Below are positions 39,855 through 52,502 of a stretch of DNA of 64,000 nt, piece by piece; positions within the stretch are counted from its first letter, which is position 1; each line of letters begins with the position of its first letter. The stretch is taken from positions 89,153 to 153,152 of the forward strand of contig CAZMIO010000003.1 of NCBI GenBank assembly GCA_964566535.1. Direction: 5' to 3'. The position numbers and the translations under genes are program-made. The notes beneath the pieces are model-generated. The model ran no database searches. It had not been told where the DNA came from and saw only the letters and a program-made list of their open reading frames with translations. The stretch is from an uncultured Methanosarcinales archaeon. GTDB taxonomy: Archaea; Nanobdellota; Nanobdellia; Woesearchaeales; CAZOXR01.

Positions 39855-41639
39855 ATGGAATCAAAAACAGAATCAAACGGAAAAATCATCAAAATTGCAG
39901 GACCAGTTGTAGTTGCATCTGGTATGGCTGGAGTTAAGATGTATGAGGTCGTAAGAGTGGGAAAAGAAAGACTTATTGGAGAAGTCATTGAGCTCTTAGA
40001 AGACAAAGCAACAATCCAGGTTTATGAAGAAACATCTGGAATTGCACCAGGAGCAGAAGTTGTAGCAACAGGATCATCACTATCAGTTGAATTAGGTCCA
40101 GGAGTCATCGGAAATATCTATGACGGAATCATGAGGCCTTTAAACATCATCCAGGAAAAGTCTGGAGAATTCATTGCTAGAGGAATTGAAGCTGACTCAA
40201 TTGACCACAAAAAGAAATGGCCCTTTAAGCCACTAGCAAAAAAAGGCGACAAAGTAACTGGTGGACAGATCATAGGAGAAGTTACAGAAACATCAATGGT
40301 CGTACAAAGAATAATGGTCCCTTCAGATGTTGAGGGGGAACTTACCGAGATAGTTGGTGAAGGATCTTATACCGTAAAATCAACAATAGCAAAAGTAAAA
40401 ACAAAAGATGGAGAAACAGAAATTAATCTGATGCAAAAATGGCCAGTTAGGATTCCAAGACCTAACAAAGACAAACAAGAACCATCAATCCCATTAATAA
40501 CTGGACAAAGAATATTAGATACATTTAATCCATTAGCAAAAGGGGGAACAGCAGCTATCCCAGGTGGATTCGGAACTGGTAAGACTGTAACTCAGCAATC
40601 ATTGGCTAAATGGTGTGATGCAGATATCATAGTCTACATTGGATGTGGAGAACGAGGAAATGAGATGACAGATGTTCTAAAAACATTCCCTCATCTAACA
40701 GATCCAAGATCAGGTAAACCATTATTAGAAAGAACAGTTATCATCGCAAATACATCAAACATGCCAGTGGCAGCAAGAGAAGCATCAGTCTATACTGGAA
40801 TTACAATTGCTGAATATTTCAGAGACATGGGCTATGATGTAGCATTGATGGCTGACTCAACCTCAAGATGGGCAGAAGCAATGAGAGAAATTTCATCTAG
40901 ACTGGAAGAGATGCCAGGGGAAGAAGGTTATCCCGCTTATTTAGCTACAAGACTTTCTCAATTCTATGAAAGAGCAGGCCGTGTCAAAACCTTAAGCGGG
41001 AAAGAAGGCTCAGTTTCAGTTATTGGAGCTATCAGTCCTCCAGGTGGAGACTTCTCAGAACCAGTTACTCAAAATACGCTAAGAGTTAACAAAACATTCT
41101 GGGCATTAGACAAGAGCTTAGCATCCAGAAGACATTTCCCGGCAATTAATTGGTTAAACTCTTATTCATTATACTTAGAAAGCGTAACAGCTTGGTTTAA
41201 TGAACATTCAGGGGAATCATGGAGAGACTTAAGGAACAAAGCAATGGAACTTCTACAAAAAGAAGAACAATTGCAAGAAATTGTTCAATTGGTTGGTCCT
41301 GATGCTTTACCAGACACCGAAAGGTTGATCTTGGAAGTTACCAAAATCTTAAGAGAAGACTTCCTTCAGCAAAACGCTTATCACGATGTGGATGCTTTCT
41401 GTCCAATCAGAAAACAGACTTTAATGTTGAAATTAATACTAGAGTTCTATGATATGGCACAGGCTGCATTAAAAGAAGGAGCTCCAATTGACTCAATTGC
41501 AGGAATGAAGATAAAAGATTCACTTGCAAGGATGAAAGAACATAGCAACGACACATTTGAACAACATTACGAGGAGTTGAAGAAAAACATGACAACAGAG
41601 TTTAGCCAGATTAAATCTGGGGGTGATTCAAATGAGTAG
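39855..41639 (+). CDS. atpA: A-type ATP synthase subunit A
   Basis: GGFGTGKT P-loop, [18 protein letters not shown]; no intein. Confidence 0.97.
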   Translation: MESKTESNGKIIKIAGPVVVASGMAGVKMYEVVRVGKERLIGEVIELLEDKATIQVYEETSGIAPGAEVVATGSSLSVELGPGVIGNIYDGIMRPLNIIQEKSGEFIARGIEADSIDHKKKWPFKPLAKKGDKVTGGQIIGEVTETSMVVQRIMVPSDVEGELTEIVGEGSYTVKSTIAKVKTKDGETEINLMQKWPVRIPRPNKDKQEPSIPLITGQRILDTFNPLAKGGTAAIPGGFGTGKTVTQQSLAKWCDADIIVYIGCGERGNEMTDVLKTFPHLTDPRSGKPLLERTVIIANTSNMPVAAREASVYTGITIAEYFRDMGYDVALMADSTSRWAEAMREISSRLEEMPGEEGYPAYLATRLSQFYERAGRVKTLSGKEGSVSVIGAISPPGGDFSEPVTQNTLRVNKTFWALDKSLASRRHFPAINWLNSYSLYLESVTAWFNEHSGESWRDLRNKAMELLQKEEQLQEIVQLVGPDALPDTERLILEVTKILREDFLQQNAYHDVDAFCPIRKQTLMLKLILEFYDMAQAALKEGAPIDSIAGMKIKDSLARMKEHSNDTFEQHYEELKKNMTTEFSQIKSGGDSNE

Positions 41640-43008
41640 TATAATAGAATATTCAAGCATAAAAGAAATCGCAGGACCGTTGATGATAGTTGAAAAGGTA
41701 AAAAACGTTGCTTACGGTGAATTAGTTGAAATAAAGATAGGAAAAGAAAAAAGAACCGGACAAGTTCTTGAAGCAAGAGACGACATAGCAGTTGTTCAGG
41801 TGTTCGAAGGAACTAGGGGCCTTGCAACAAAAGGAGTAACAGCAAGATTCACTGGGGAAACAATGAAGGTTGGCTTAAGCAAAGATGTTATTGGTAGAAT
41901 CTTTAACGGAATTGGAAAGCCAATTGACAAGGGTCCTGAAATCATAGCAGAAAAGAGAATGGATGTTAATGGACTAGCAATAAATCCAACTGCAAGAGAA
42001 TTCCCAGAGGAATTCATTCAAACAGGAATTTCCACAATTGATGTGATGAACACATTAGTGAGAGGTCAAAAACTTCCATTATTCTCAGAAGCGGGACTTC
42101 CTCATAATGAGATTGCAGCTCAGATTGCAAGACAGGCAGCTGTTAAGGGAAAAGATAATTTTGCGGTAATATTTGCAGCAATGGGAATCACTTTCGAAGA
42201 AGCAAAATTCTTCATGAATGACTTCGAAAGAACAGGAGCAATTGAAAACATGGTGGCTTTCATCAACCTAGCTGACGACCCAGCAATTGAAAGGATCATT
42301 ACACCAAGAATCGCCTTAACAACTGCTGAATACCTAGCTTACGAAAAAGACATGCATATCTTAGTTATTTTAACTGATATGACAAACTATTGCGAAGCTT
42401 TAAGGGAAATTGCAGCAGCTAGAAACGAGATTCCTGGAAGACGTGGATATCCTGGATACATGTATACTGACCTAGCAATGAACTACGAAAGAGCTGGAAA
42501 GATACACGGCAAAAAAGGATCTGTAACTCAGATTCCTATATTGACAATGCCGCAAGGGGACATTTCTCACCCAATTCCAGACCTAACTGGCTACATTACA
42601 GAAGGACAGATTGTAGTTTCAAAAGAACTACACAGAAAAGGAATCTATCCACCGATAAATCCATTACCATCTTTATCTAGATTGATGAACGAAGGTATAG
42701 GGGAAGGAAAAACAAGAGAAGACCATTCTGGAGTTTCTAACCAGCTTTATGCTGGCTATGCAGAAGGAAACGACTTAAGAGACTTAGTAGCAGTTGTTGG
42801 AGAAGAAGCACTGTCTGATAAGGATAAAAAGTTCTTAAAGTTCGCAGAAGGCTTTGAAGACAAGTTCATAAGACAAGGTAGAGATGAAAATAGGGACATT
42901 GATTTATCCTTACAAGTTGGATGGGATTTATTCAAGTCATTACCTGTCGAAGAATTAAAGAAACTAGACTTAAAGCACATTGAAAAGTTTTTGAAGAAAC
43001 AAGCATAA
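41632..43008 (+). CDS. atpB: A-type ATP synthase subunit B
   Basis: [35 protein letters not shown]. Confidence 0.97.
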   Translation: MSSIIEYSSIKEIAGPLMIVEKVKNVAYGELVEIKIGKEKRTGQVLEARDDIAVVQVFEGTRGLATKGVTARFTGETMKVGLSKDVIGRIFNGIGKPIDKGPEIIAEKRMDVNGLAINPTAREFPEEFIQTGISTIDVMNTLVRGQKLPLFSEAGLPHNEIAAQIARQAAVKGKDNFAVIFAAMGITFEEAKFFMNDFERTGAIENMVAFINLADDPAIERIITPRIALTTAEYLAYEKDMHILVILTDMTNYCEALREIAAARNEIPGRRGYPGYMYTDLAMNYERAGKIHGKKGSVTQIPILTMPQGDISHPIPDLTGYITEGQIVVSKELHRKGIYPPINPLPSLSRLMNEGIGEGKTREDHSGVSNQLYAGYAEGNDLRDLVAVVGEEALSDKDKKFLKFAEGFEDKFIRQGRDENRDIDLSLQVGWDLFKSLPVEELKKLDLKHIEKFLKKQA

Positions 43009-43012
43009 GAAC

Positions 43013-43642
43013 ATGGCGTCTCAAATAAAAGCAGCAACACGAATGGAATTGTTAAGGCTGAAGAAAAAAGTAGCTTTAGCTGGAAAAGGACATAAATTGC
43101 TGAAAGAAAAGAGAGATGCCCTAGTTTCTGAATTCTTCAAATTAATCGACAGCCTAAAAGCAATAAGAAAAGAAATGGAAGACAAGATTTCAGTTGCATT
43201 CAACTCTTTAATCATGGCACAAGCAATTTCTGGTGTTGGAGAAATTGAACGTGCAGCAGACTCCACAAAAGAAGTGGGAGAAATAGAATTCAAACCCAAT
43301 AACATAATGGGAGTTAAAGTTCCTATTTTTAATTTTAAGAAGGCTGAAACAACAATAGCAGATAAAGGATATTCTTTGTTCTCAACATCTTTAGAGTTAG
43401 ACACTGCATCAAAGAACTTCGAAGAAGTTCTAAATATAATCGTAAAGCTAGCAGAAGCAGAAGCAACAGTAAGAAGACTAGCAGAAGAAATAAAGAAAAC
43501 CAAAAGAAAAGTAAACGCTTTAGAAAGAATCTTAATCCCAAGACTAAATGACGATATTGTATATATTAAGATGCGTTTAGAAGAGATGGAAAGAGAAAAC
43601 TTCTCAAGATTAAAGGTAATTAAGAAGCGTATTTCAGAATGA
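43013..43642 (+). CDS. atpD: A-type ATP synthase subunit D
   Basis: TRMELL, GHKLLKEKRDAL, RKVNALE, EEMERENFSRLK. Confidence 0.95.
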   Translation: MASQIKAATRMELLRLKKKVALAGKGHKLLKEKRDALVSEFFKLIDSLKAIRKEMEDKISVAFNSLIMAQAISGVGEIERAADSTKEVGEIEFKPNNIMGVKVPIFNFKKAETTIADKGYSLFSTSLELDTASKNFEEVLNIIVKLAEAEATVRRLAEEIKKTKRKVNALERILIPRLNDDIVYIKMRLEEMERENFSRLKVIKKRISE

Positions 43643-43788
43643 AACCAATCCCCATCTGGGAAAAATGGATAAAAAACCCAGAACAAAGAGAAAAGCTATT
43701 CAAAGTCATCTTCTTCTTAATGATTTTAGTTAACGTAATGATTGTAGTTGGATTTTTTCTGTTTGTTTGTTTTATGTTTAATAGGTAA
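43639..43788 (+). CDS. 49-aa single-TM protein coupled to atpD (absent from ORF track)
   Basis: MKPIPIWEKWIKNPEQREKLFKVIFFLMILVNVMIVVGFFLFVCFMFNR; ATGA overlap. Confidence 0.68.
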   Translation: MKPIPIWEKWIKNPEQREKLFKVIFFLMILVNVMIVVGFFLFVCFMFNR

Positions 43789-43850
43789 AACAATCTTTAA
43801 ATTATATATTATAATAAACTTTATATTGACTGGCCAGTTCCACACTTACA

Positions 43851-44171
43851 ATGAATGAGGCAAAAAAATACTCAGTAATCGGAGGTTTAGCCGGAGTAGT
43901 AACTTTGGCCATACTAGATTTTACAATAGTTGGGAACGGATTAGATATGGATACAATCAGAACATTTGGTGCTAGTAGCATACTTGCAGCTTATACACTT
44001 GGCTCGGCGGTTGGAGGAGCAGCTTCAACCTACAGAGAACAAGCAAGAATTAGAGAATCAGGGCAAGGTATAGGCACATATTCACGATCAGATGTTCCTT
44101 TTATACTTGGAAATTCAACTCTATCGCTGCTTGGAAGTTATGCTACATATGCTAATAAATTTGGATTATAA
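43851..44171 (+). CDS. Hypothetical small membrane protein
   Basis: Gly/Ala-rich hydrophobic segments; TATA about 30 nt upstream. Confidence 0.6.
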   Translation: MNEAKKYSVIGGLAGVVTLAILDFTIVGNGLDMDTIRTFGASSILAAYTLGSAVGGAASTYREQARIRESGQGIGTYSRSDVPFILGNSTLSLLGSYATYANKFGL

Positions 44172-44191
44172 GGGAAAAGTTATTCAACAAC

Positions 44192-44974
44192 CTACCCCTC
44201 ACACTTCAACTTAAGCTTCTCAATAAACTTCTTATTTTTCTCAGAAATATCTTTAAGTTCAATATTCACTTCACTAAATTTTGAAAAGAGTTCTCCAACC
44301 TGTTTGTCAGAAAGGTTTCTATCAAGCCAAGGGTAAAGCACTTCATCTTCCTTTTTTATATGCTCATCTAAAAGCTCTTTATATTCAACAAGATGTTTCT
44401 TAATAGTATCTACATCTTTTTCTTCTAAAGCAGATAAAATCTTCTTCACATGATTCCTTCCAGTATCGTGGTCTTCAAGCATTACCTTAATTATATCCAA
44501 ATCTTCATCAAAACATTTGAAAAGAATATCTTCTTCCTTTGCATGATGATATTTATCTGCATATTCTTTAATAAAGCTAACAATCTCTTTAATTAGATCC
44601 TCATCAGATTCAACATCCAGTTTCTCAACAATTGTAGGTATTAATCTTAAAAGCCCCTTAATTACAACATGTTCTTCAACAAGTCCCTTTATCGGAGGAG
44701 AGTACTGCAATTCTCCTTCCGCTTTTACTTTCCGCTCTATCTTAGGTAATTCTCCAGTCTGACCAGGATATATAACTTCTCTAATTTTCAATAACAATTC
44801 CCTCTCCTGCTCCTCAGTAATGTTATGAATCTCAATAATATCTCTAAGCTTACACGTCCCAACACCACAAGTAGTACATGCAATCCCAGCTTTTTCAAGA
44901 ATATCTCCAACCTCTGAAAACTCATCAATAATATCCTTGATGTTCCTATCCAATTGATAATTCATATCACTCAT
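44192..44974 (-). CDS. Hemerythrin-like (HHE) domain protein with N-terminal Cys motif
   Basis: EEH, HHAKEE, EDH, HIKKED motifs; N-terminal CTTCGVGTC. Confidence 0.85.
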   Translation of the reverse strand: MSDMNYQLDRNIKDIIDEFSEVGDILEKAGIACTTCGVGTCKLRDIIEIHNITEEQERELLLKIREVIYPGQTGELPKIERKVKAEGELQYSPPIKGLVEEHVVIKGLLRLIPTIVEKLDVESDEDLIKEIVSFIKEYADKYHHAKEEDILFKCFDEDLDIIKVMLEDHDTGRNHVKKILSALEEKDVDTIKKHLVEYKELLDEHIKKEDEVLYPWLDRNLSDKQVGELFSKFSEVNIELKDISEKNKKFIEKLKLKCEG

Positions 44975-45097
44975 TTTTAAATCCTCACCATAACCAGAGA
45001 AACACTTAACCTATTTTTAAATCTTCTCATTAACCTCATTTTCTGTTAAAATAAAAACAAAAACTATATATAATCCAAATCCAAAAATTAACCTAAC

Positions 45098-45517
45098 ATG
45101 AAAGTCTCAGACATTATGACTAAAATAATAAAAACTTCTTCACATGCAACAATCAGTGAAGCAGCTAAACTTATGGACTCAAAGAACATTGGTTCATTAC
45201 TAGTGGAAGAAGATTCAAGAATAACAGGAATAATAACAGAAAGAGACATCCTAAAAAAAATAGTAGCCAAGGACAAAGACCCAAGAACCACATCCATAAA
45301 AGAAGTCATGAGAGCTCCAATCATAACAATCAGCTCAGATCAAAGCATAGAAGAAGCAAATGATATAATGATTAAAAATCAAATAAGAAGACTCCCAGTT
45401 GAAAGTGCAGGAACAATAACTGGTATGATAACATCAAGAGACGTCTCTAAAAACTTAAAATTCCTGTTAGGAAGAAAACTAACCAGCTACAACAGGACAG
45501 AGTATAAAAAAGATTAA
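45098..45517 (+). CDS. CBS domain pair protein
   Basis: KVSDIMT, GIITERD, IRRLPV. Confidence 0.9.
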   Translation: MKVSDIMTKIIKTSSHATISEAAKLMDSKNIGSLLVEEDSRITGIITERDILKKIVAKDKDPRTTSIKEVMRAPIITISSDQSIEEANDIMIKNQIRRLPVESAGTITGMITSRDVSKNLKFLLGRKLTSYNRTEYKKD

Positions 45518-46860
45518 CTTCTCTCATTCAAAGGCTTATAACTGCCAATATCCAACACATTCTTATAAGCAGGCCTTATAATTCTTTTACCGCTTATCAA
45601 CTCCTCGATCCTATGCGCAGACCATCCAACAATCCGGGCCATAGCAAACAATGGGGTATAAACCTCAATTGGAATTCCCAAGCAATCATAAACAAAACCT
45701 GAATAAAAGTCAACATTAGGCGAAATAACCTTTGCATTCTTTTTATACTCAGCAAAAACCTTAGGTGTCAATTTCTCAACAGCCACGTAAAGCTCATACT
45801 CATCTAATCGTCCACTTTCTTCAGCCAGTTCCCTAGCCTTCTCTTTCAATAAAACAGCCCGAGGATCAGATTTAGTATAAACTGCATGACCTAACCCAAA
45901 TACCTTACCAGATTTATCAAAAGCCTCTTTCTTCATAATCTTAAGCAAGTACTCAGAAACCTCTTCCTCACTCTTCCAATCGGAAACATTCTCCTTAATA
46001 TCAGCCATCATCTGACTAACTTTAATATTAGCTCCACCATGCAATGGCCCCTTCAACGAACCAATAGCAGCAGCAATTGCAGAGTAAGTATCAGTTCCAG
46101 AAGAACTAACAACATGTGTTGTAAACGAAGAATTATTCCCACCACCATGTTCTGCATGCAGTACCATAACTAAATCAAGCAACTTAGCCTGCAATTCAGT
46201 ATACTTCTTATTCCCTTTCAACATATAAAGGAAGTTCTCAGCAGTACCAAGCTCAGCCTTAGGGTGCCTAATTATCAAATGCTTATGGTCATAGATATGC
46301 CTTCTTGCATAATATGAATAAGCTATTATTGTTGGAAACTTAGCAATAAGATTCACACTCTGCTTAATTAAGTTCAAAGATGATGTATCATCAGCATTCT
46401 CATCAAGTGCATACAAAGCCAGTACACATCTTGCTAACATATTCATAACATCCTTACCTTTTAGATTCAATATCATATCTTTTGTAAAGTGTTCAGGCAA
46501 ATCCCTTAAACTAGCCAAATATTTAGAGAACTCATCAAGTTCCCCCTTATTAGGAAGCCGACCACACAATAAAAGAAATGCAGTTTCACCAAAACCATGC
46601 CTATTGTCTGCCTGAAACCCTTTTACAAGATCAAAAACATCAACACCACTGTATGCCAACCTTCCATCTATAGGCTGAGCCTTCCCATCAACCTTATCAT
46701 AACCCCTAACATCTCCAACATGTGTTAACCCTACTAAAACACCTGTAAAATCTTCATTCCGAAGCCCTCTCTTAACACTATATTTATTGTACAATTCTTC
46801 CTTAATAACACTTGATTGTTCAGAAAGTTCAGAAAGTTTTTTCAAAAATTCTCCATTCAT
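45514..46860 (-). CDS. gltA: Citrate synthase
   Basis: HAEHGGGNNS, GPLHGGAN, GLGHAVY...DPRA, PNVDFYSG, RIIRP. Confidence 0.92.
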   Translation of the reverse strand: MNGEFLKKLSELSEQSSVIKEELYNKYSVKRGLRNEDFTGVLVGLTHVGDVRGYDKVDGKAQPIDGRLAYSGVDVFDLVKGFQADNRHGFGETAFLLLCGRLPNKGELDEFSKYLASLRDLPEHFTKDMILNLKGKDVMNMLARCVLALYALDENADDTSSLNLIKQSVNLIAKFPTIIAYSYYARRHIYDHKHLIIRHPKAELGTAENFLYMLKGNKKYTELQAKLLDLVMVLHAEHGGGNNSSFTTHVVSSSGTDTYSAIAAAIGSLKGPLHGGANIKVSQMMADIKENVSDWKSEEEVSEYLLKIMKKEAFDKSGKVFGLGHAVYTKSDPRAVLLKEKARELAEESGRLDEYELYVAVEKLTPKVFAEYKKNAKVISPNVDFYSGFVYDCLGIPIEVYTPLFAMARIVGWSAHRIEELISGKRIIRPAYKNVLDIGSYKPLNERS

Positions 46861-46861
46861 A

Positions 46862-47956
46862 TTAATCACTCCCCATCTTGTTTATTATAGCATCCGCCAT
46901 ATGACTAGTACCAACAGCACTAGGATCATCACGACTTGGCTTAAAATCATAAGTAACATCCTTACCCTCTTTAATAACTTCAGCAACTGCCTTGTCTAAT
47001 TTATCAGCAGCCTCATTCTCACCCAAATACCTCAGCATCATAACCCCACTCAGTATCAAAGCAGTAGGGTTAACCTTATTCATTCCCTTATACTTTGGCG
47101 CAGAACCATGAGTTGCTTCAAAAACCGCAATCTCATCTCCAATGTTAGCTCCAGGCGCAACTCCAAGGCCCCCAATTAATCCAGCGCCTAAATCAGAAAT
47201 TATATCTCCATAAAGATTAGGTAAAACTAAAACATCATACAGTTCAGGCTTTTGAACTAGCTGCATACACATATTATCAATCAACATATGTTCATACGAA
47301 ACATCAGAATACTCTTTTGCAACTGACTCAGAAACTTGCTGAAACAATCCGTCTGTAAACTTCATAATATTTGATTTTGTAATTGAAGTAACTTTCTTCC
47401 TATTATTTTTCTTAGCATAATCAAAAGCAAACTTCACAATTCTTTCTGTTCCAAAAACAGATATTGGTTTTATACTTACTGCAGAATCTTCTCTTATTTT
47501 CTTCCCACCCAAACCGTTAATATCAGAAATCAGCTTCTTAACATCATCAGAATCCTTCTCAAACTCAATCCCTGCATACAAATCCTCAGTATTTTCCCGA
47601 ACAATAACAATGTCAACATCCTCAGGTTTCTTAAGCAGAGACTTTACACCAGGATAATATTTACAAGGCCTAACACAAGCATACAAATCAAGCTCCTGCC
47701 TTAACTGAACATTCACACTTCTAAAACCAGAACCAAGCGGAGTAGTGATAGGTGCTTTCAAAGCAACCTTATTTTTCTTTATAGAATCAATAACAGATTG
47801 GGGAAGTGGTGTTCCTTCTTTCTCCATAACATCAATGCCCGCATCAACAATATCCCATTCGAACTCAACACCAGTTGCATCAAGACATCTTTTAGTAGCC
47901 TCTGCTAACTCTGGACCCACACCATCTCCTCGAATTAAAGTAACTTTATGCGCCAT
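46862..47956 (-). CDS. icd: Isocitrate dehydrogenase (beta-decarboxylating dehydrogenase family)
   Basis: [42 protein letters not shown]; lies between aconitase and citrate synthase. Confidence 0.88.
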   Translation of the reverse strand: MAHKVTLIRGDGVGPELAEATKRCLDATGVEFEWDIVDAGIDVMEKEGTPLPQSVIDSIKKNKVALKAPITTPLGSGFRSVNVQLRQELDLYACVRPCKYYPGVKSLLKKPEDVDIVIVRENTEDLYAGIEFEKDSDDVKKLISDINGLGGKKIREDSAVSIKPISVFGTERIVKFAFDYAKKNNRKKVTSITKSNIMKFTDGLFQQVSESVAKEYSDVSYEHMLIDNMCMQLVQKPELYDVLVLPNLYGDIISDLGAGLIGGLGVAPGANIGDEIAVFEATHGSAPKYKGMNKVNPTALILSGVMMLRYLGENEAADKLDKAVAEVIKEGKDVTYDFKPSRDDPSAVGTSHMADAIINKMGSD

Positions 47957-47957
47957 T

Positions 47958-49868
47958 TTATGATCTGAAATAATTAAGCTTTCCGCCTTTCAATAATATT
48001 TCAATATCTTTACTACTTAATTGGCAATTTAGCCCTATTTTTATATTTTTAGTTTTATTAACGAGAATTAGCTGTTTTCCTGCCTTCAAACCATCTCTCA
48101 TCCCATTTATCTCCAACTCATCACCTAACTCAATCTTATCATAATCCTCAGAATTCTCAAAAAACAAAGGAACAATACCAAAATTAATCAGATTCTGCAA
48201 ATGTATCCTTTCAATTGACTTAGCAATAACAGCCTTAACACCTAAGTTAGCTGGACACAAAGCAGCATGCTCTCTTGATGAACCTTGACCATAGCTTGCT
48301 CCAGCAATTATAACATTTCCAATTCCTTTTCCCTTATTCTCTAAAGCCCTAGAAACAAATTTGTCATCAACAGACTCAAAAACAAAAGTGGAATACTTCT
48401 CAACATTAGATCTAAACTTCAATCTTGGACCAGCAGGCATAATATCATCCGTTGTTATTTTATCTCCAACTTTAATAGCAACAACACCAGAAATATCATC
48501 AACTTCAGAAAACTTTGGCAATTCCTTAATATTTGGACCCTTAACTACATCTCCAGAACCATCAGGCTGAATAACCATACTATCATCAACAAAATAACTC
48601 TCTGGAACATCAACAGAAGGAATCTCAGAATCATTAGAATCAACAACCTCTCCACTCAAAGCAGAAACAGCAGCAACAATTGGACTAACTAAATAAATTT
48701 CAGCATCTTTTGTACCAGACCTACCTAAAAAATTCCTATTATTTGTCCGTAAACTTACACCTTTACTCTTAGGACTATGTCCAGCTCCAATACAAAATCC
48801 ACAAGCAGACTCAACAATCCGAGCACCAGCTTTAATCATCTCAGACAAAGCACCATTCTCAGAAATCATCTCCAAAACTTGTCTAGAACCTGGAGAAATT
48901 ATCAATTCAACATCAGAACTAACTTTTTTACCTTTTAAAATTCCAGCAACTGTCATCAAATCCTCATAAGAAGAGTTCGTACAGCTGCCAATACAAACTT
49001 GATCAACTTTCATCCCTTTAATATTAGAAACCATATCAATATTATCAGGAGAATGAGGTTTTGCAACCATCGGCTCTAATTCATCTAAATTTATTGAAAT
49101 TACCTTCTCATACTCAGCATCTGAATCAGCCTTTAACTCAATCCAATCTCCATCACGACCTTGTTTCTGAAGAAAGTCCTTAGTAACATCATCACTTGGA
49201 AAAATAGAAGTGGTAACTCCTAATTCAGCCCCCATATTAGTTATTGTTGCTCGCATAGGAACCGATAATTCATTAATACCTCCACCATACTCAACAGCAT
49301 AACCAACATTTCCTTTTGTTGTTAAGGTTGAAAGAACTTTTAGAATAATATCTTTAGCACTAACATATGATTTTAATTTACCTTTCAATTCAACTTTAAT
49401 AACCTTAGGAACAACAATATCATAAGAATAACCAGCCATTGCTAATGCAACATCTAATCCTCCAGCCCCCATTGCCAGGCAACAAATACCGCCAGCAGTG
49501 GGAGTATGACTGTCAGATCCTAGTAAAGTTTTCCCAGGCTTTGCAAACCGTTCTAAATGAACCTGATGACAAATCCCATTCCCAGCCTTAGAAAACAATA
49601 TTCCATATTTATTAGCAACAGTTTGCAAATATTTGTGATCATCCGCATTCTCAAAACCTTGCTGCAGAGTATTATGATCGACATAACTAATAGAAAGCTC
49701 AGTCTTAACTTTAGGAACGCTCAAAGCCTCAAACTGCAGATAAGCCATAGTCCCAGTAGCATCCTGAGTCAGAGTCTGATCTATCTTCAACCCTACTTCC
49801 TTACCTGAATTCTCCTCAATACCATGCATTGAGAATATTTTCTGATATATATTCTTACCACTAGTCAT
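47958..49868 (-). CDS. acn: Aconitate hydratase
   Basis: [42 protein letters not shown]. Confidence 0.92.
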   Translation of the reverse strand: MTSGKNIYQKIFSMHGIEENSGKEVGLKIDQTLTQDATGTMAYLQFEALSVPKVKTELSISYVDHNTLQQGFENADDHKYLQTVANKYGILFSKAGNGICHQVHLERFAKPGKTLLGSDSHTPTAGGICCLAMGAGGLDVALAMAGYSYDIVVPKVIKVELKGKLKSYVSAKDIILKVLSTLTTKGNVGYAVEYGGGINELSVPMRATITNMGAELGVTTSIFPSDDVTKDFLQKQGRDGDWIELKADSDAEYEKVISINLDELEPMVAKPHSPDNIDMVSNIKGMKVDQVCIGSCTNSSYEDLMTVAGILKGKKVSSDVELIISPGSRQVLEMISENGALSEMIKAGARIVESACGFCIGAGHSPKSKGVSLRTNNRNFLGRSGTKDAEIYLVSPIVAAVSALSGEVVDSNDSEIPSVDVPESYFVDDSMVIQPDGSGDVVKGPNIKELPKFSEVDDISGVVAIKVGDKITTDDIMPAGPRLKFRSNVEKYSTFVFESVDDKFVSRALENKGKGIGNVIIAGASYGQGSSREHAALCPANLGVKAVIAKSIERIHLQNLINFGIVPLFFENSEDYDKIELGDELEINGMRDGLKAGKQLILVNKTKNIKIGLNCQLSSKDIEILLKGGKLNYFRS

Positions 49869-49972
49869 GTTATTTCCCTTATAAAATAGCAAACATGCCT
49901 CTTTTTTAAAGTTTGTCTAAAAATAGGTTAATTCAAAATATTTTTATACAAACTACCATTCCTCAACATAAA

Positions 49973-50296
49973 ATGCCAGATGCTAGTAGAAGACAAGTTA
50001 TTGATGACCTATTTAGTGAAAGAGCAGTAAGTGGTACAGAATTAATAACAGCTCTTCTATCAGACGCTGTAGGATTAATACGTCCGCCAGGAAATACAAG
50101 GGCAGCTGCTGTAGTAGCGTATGATAATCAACCAAAAGGAATAGCCATCCTTGCATCAACAAGAGAGGGATTAGAAGGAAGATTACCTAAAACTTTCCCA
50201 AGTAGAGCAAGAGAAGTCCGTGTCTACTATGGCCATGGTTCAGATGATTACGTCACATTCACAAACCAAGGCGGAAGATATCAATTAAGCCAGTAA
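49973..50296 (+). CDS. Hypothetical protein
   Basis: ATG 49973 lies about 30 nt after a TTTATA box. Confidence 0.55.
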   Translation: MPDASRRQVIDDLFSERAVSGTELITALLSDAVGLIRPPGNTRAAAVVAYDNQPKGIAILASTREGLEGRLPKTFPSRAREVRVYYGHGSDDYVTFTNQGGRYQLSQ

Positions 50297-50359
50297 ATTT
50301 CTCAAATCCAAGAACAAAAATTCTAAATTAAATTTAAGAAATATTAACAAAAACACAAT

Positions 50360-50707
50360 CTATCGTCCTTGAACAATACCGTATAATGCTACAATTATTC
50401 CATCTTCTCTATCTTGAACTGCTTTAACATCTTCATCACTCACACCCTCAGGTACTGGCCTATACGGTAACATAAAAGTATAATCTCGACTACCATCACC
50501 AGAAGTACCAGCACTTGCAAATTGATAAGGAAAATGATCCTGAGCAACCGGAATACCATCCTCTCCTTGACGTACAGTTATCCTTACTGAATGTAAAATA
50601 GGTTCTAACTCATCAACAAAACCCCTCATTCTTTCTTCTGGAACAGGACCAATCTCAATCATCCTTTGTCCCATAACATTCATATCAAGAGGTTGTTGTG
50701 TTGCCAT
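50360..50707 (-). CDS. Hypothetical protein
   Basis: 115-aa ORF with TTTATAAA about 30 nt upstream. Confidence 0.6.
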   Translation of the reverse strand: MATQQPLDMNVMGQRMIEIGPVPEERMRGFVDELEPILHSVRITVRQGEDGIPVAQDHFPYQFASAGTSGDGSRDYTFMLPYRPVPEGVSDEDVKAVQDREDGIIVALYGIVQGR

Positions 50708-50756
50708 ATTTTACGGATAATCTAAGTTAATTTATAAATTTTTTCTAATATTAAAC

Positions 50757-51344
50757 CTACTTCTGATACCATTCCCTCTCAGGCACTTCAACTTTCTGTA
50801 TCTCTTTATCCTTAACCTTCTTACCTTCCCTAATAATGTACTTCCCTAATTCTCCAACAACAGTTGAATCAGCAGGAACATCCTTAATGATAATAGCCCC
50901 AGCACCAATCTTAGAATTATCTCCAACTTTAGAAGGACCTAAAATTTTACAACCAACACCCAAAACAACATGATTCCCAATGGTAGGGTGCCTTTTCTCT
51001 CCTTTCTTATCAGTCCACCAACCATGACCACCTAAAGTAACTTCATGATACATCATAACATCATTACCAATTTCAGCAGTTTCTCCAATAACAATACCCA
51101 TTCCATGATCAATAAAGAATCTCTTCCCAATCTTCGCTCCAGGATGAATCTCAATACCAGTAAAAAATCTACCTAACTGAGAAATCAAACGAGGAACAAA
51201 AGGAATATTAAGCTTAAAAAGAAAGTGGGCCACCCTATGTAAAAGAATAGCATGAACCCCTTGGTAGAGGAATACCTCTAAAAAATTAATCCCTTTCTTT
51301 AATGCAGGATCCTTTCTATAAGCCGTCCTTATTGTATCAAACAT
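50757..51344 (-). CDS. cysE: Serine O-acetyltransferase
   Basis: [34 protein letters not shown] hexapeptide repeats. Confidence 0.93.
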   Translation of the reverse strand: MFDTIRTAYRKDPALKKGINFLEVFLYQGVHAILLHRVAHFLFKLNIPFVPRLISQLGRFFTGIEIHPGAKIGKRFFIDHGMGIVIGETAEIGNDVMMYHEVTLGGHGWWTDKKGEKRHPTIGNHVVLGVGCKILGPSKVGDNSKIGAGAIIIKDVPADSTVVGELGKYIIREGKKVKDKEIQKVEVPEREWYQK

Positions 51345-52265
51345 CTATTCTTCTCCAAACAAAGGAGTGCTTAAATACCTTTCGCCGTGGTCAGGTAAAA
51401 CAACAACAACTTTCTTACCCTTACCAAGTTTATTAGCAACTTGCAAAGCAGCCCAAGCAGCAGCACCAGAAGAAATTCCAACAAAAAGCCCTTCTTCTTT
51501 AGCTAACTTCCTAGCTGTTTCAAAAGCATCCTCATTACTTACCTTAACAATTTCATCATACACTTCAGTATTCAAAACAGTAGGAACAAAACCAGCTCCA
51601 ATACCTTGAATCTTATGCGGTCCAGGATCTCCACCGGATAAAACAGCAGAATCAACCGGCTCAACAGCAACTACATGAACTTTCTTCCCCTTCTCCTTTA
51701 GCAATTCACCAACACCAGTTATTGTTCCACCAGTTCCAATTCCAGATACAAAAGCATCCAGTTCAGGAACCTGCTCTATAACTTCAACTGCGGTAGTCTT
51801 CCTATGCACTTCAGGATTTGCAGGATTATTAAACTGCTGCGGTTGAACCCATCCTTTCTCTTCAGATAATTCTTTAGCCTTATCAATAGCACCTTTCATC
51901 CCTTTAGTACCATCGGTCAGAACAAGTTCAGCTCCAAAAGCCTTAAGAACCTTCCTCCGCTCAACACTCATAGTCTCAGGCATAGTTAATACCATCTTAT
52001 AACCCTTAACAGCTGCAACAAAAGCTAGTGCAATACCAGTATTGCCAGATGTTGGCTCAACTAAAGTATCTCCTGCCTTAAGCTTACCTTCTTTTTCAGC
52101 AGCCTCAATCATACTTAACCCAATTCTATCTTTTACAGAACTCAAAGGATTAAACATCTCAAGCTTTGCATATATTTCAGCAGAATCCTCTCCACCTAAC
52201 TTATTTAACTTAACAACTGGTGTATCACCAATCAATTCCAATACATTATTTACAACTTTTGCCAT
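51345..52265 (-). CDS. cysK: Cysteine synthase A
   Basis: [11 protein letters not shown] (PLP Lys), [28 protein letters not shown]. Confidence 0.95.
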   Translation of the reverse strand: MAKVVNNVLELIGDTPVVKLNKLGGEDSAEIYAKLEMFNPLSSVKDRIGLSMIEAAEKEGKLKAGDTLVEPTSGNTGIALAFVAAVKGYKMVLTMPETMSVERRKVLKAFGAELVLTDGTKGMKGAIDKAKELSEEKGWVQPQQFNNPANPEVHRKTTAVEVIEQVPELDAFVSGIGTGGTITGVGELLKEKGKKVHVVAVEPVDSAVLSGGDPGPHKIQGIGAGFVPTVLNTEVYDEIVKVSNEDAFETARKLAKEEGLFVGISSGAAAWAALQVANKLGKGKKVVVVLPDHGERYLSTPLFGEE

Positions 52266-52279
52266 TTTACATCCTCCTT

Positions 52280-52501
52280 CTATATGTTATATTCAATCTT
52301 ACCTTTTCCAAATTCAATTTTAGCCCATGCCCTCTCATGAGCATAGTAAGTGAACAATTTTATAATTGTATCAATAGAACCAATAGTTAAAGCTAAAGCT
52401 ACTTCTTTTGTAAGAAAGTAAGCAACCAAAGAAGTGATTACAACAGCTATTACTCTCCATGAGATAGCCTTCACAATACTTCTTTTATGGGTTTCGCCCA
52501 T
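52280..52501 (-). CDS. DUF2061 family small membrane protein
   Basis: [14 protein letters not shown] and YYAHERAW motifs; ATG at 52501. Confidence 0.85.
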   Translation of the reverse strand: MGETHKRSIVKAISWRVIAVVITSLVAYFLTKEVALALTIGSIDTIIKLFTYYAHERAWAKIEFGKGKIEYNI

Positions 52502-52502
52502 T

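Noticed and set aside
39855..43008. Inteins in AtpA/AtpB (also checked in aIF5B)
   Set aside because: Protein lengths are canonical and motifs are contiguous
43021..43686. 221-aa minus-strand ORF and the many other antisense ORFs in the track
   Set aside because: They are shadows of well-supported genes on the opposite strand, with F/S/L/I-rich translations typical of reverse-complemented A-rich coding DNA
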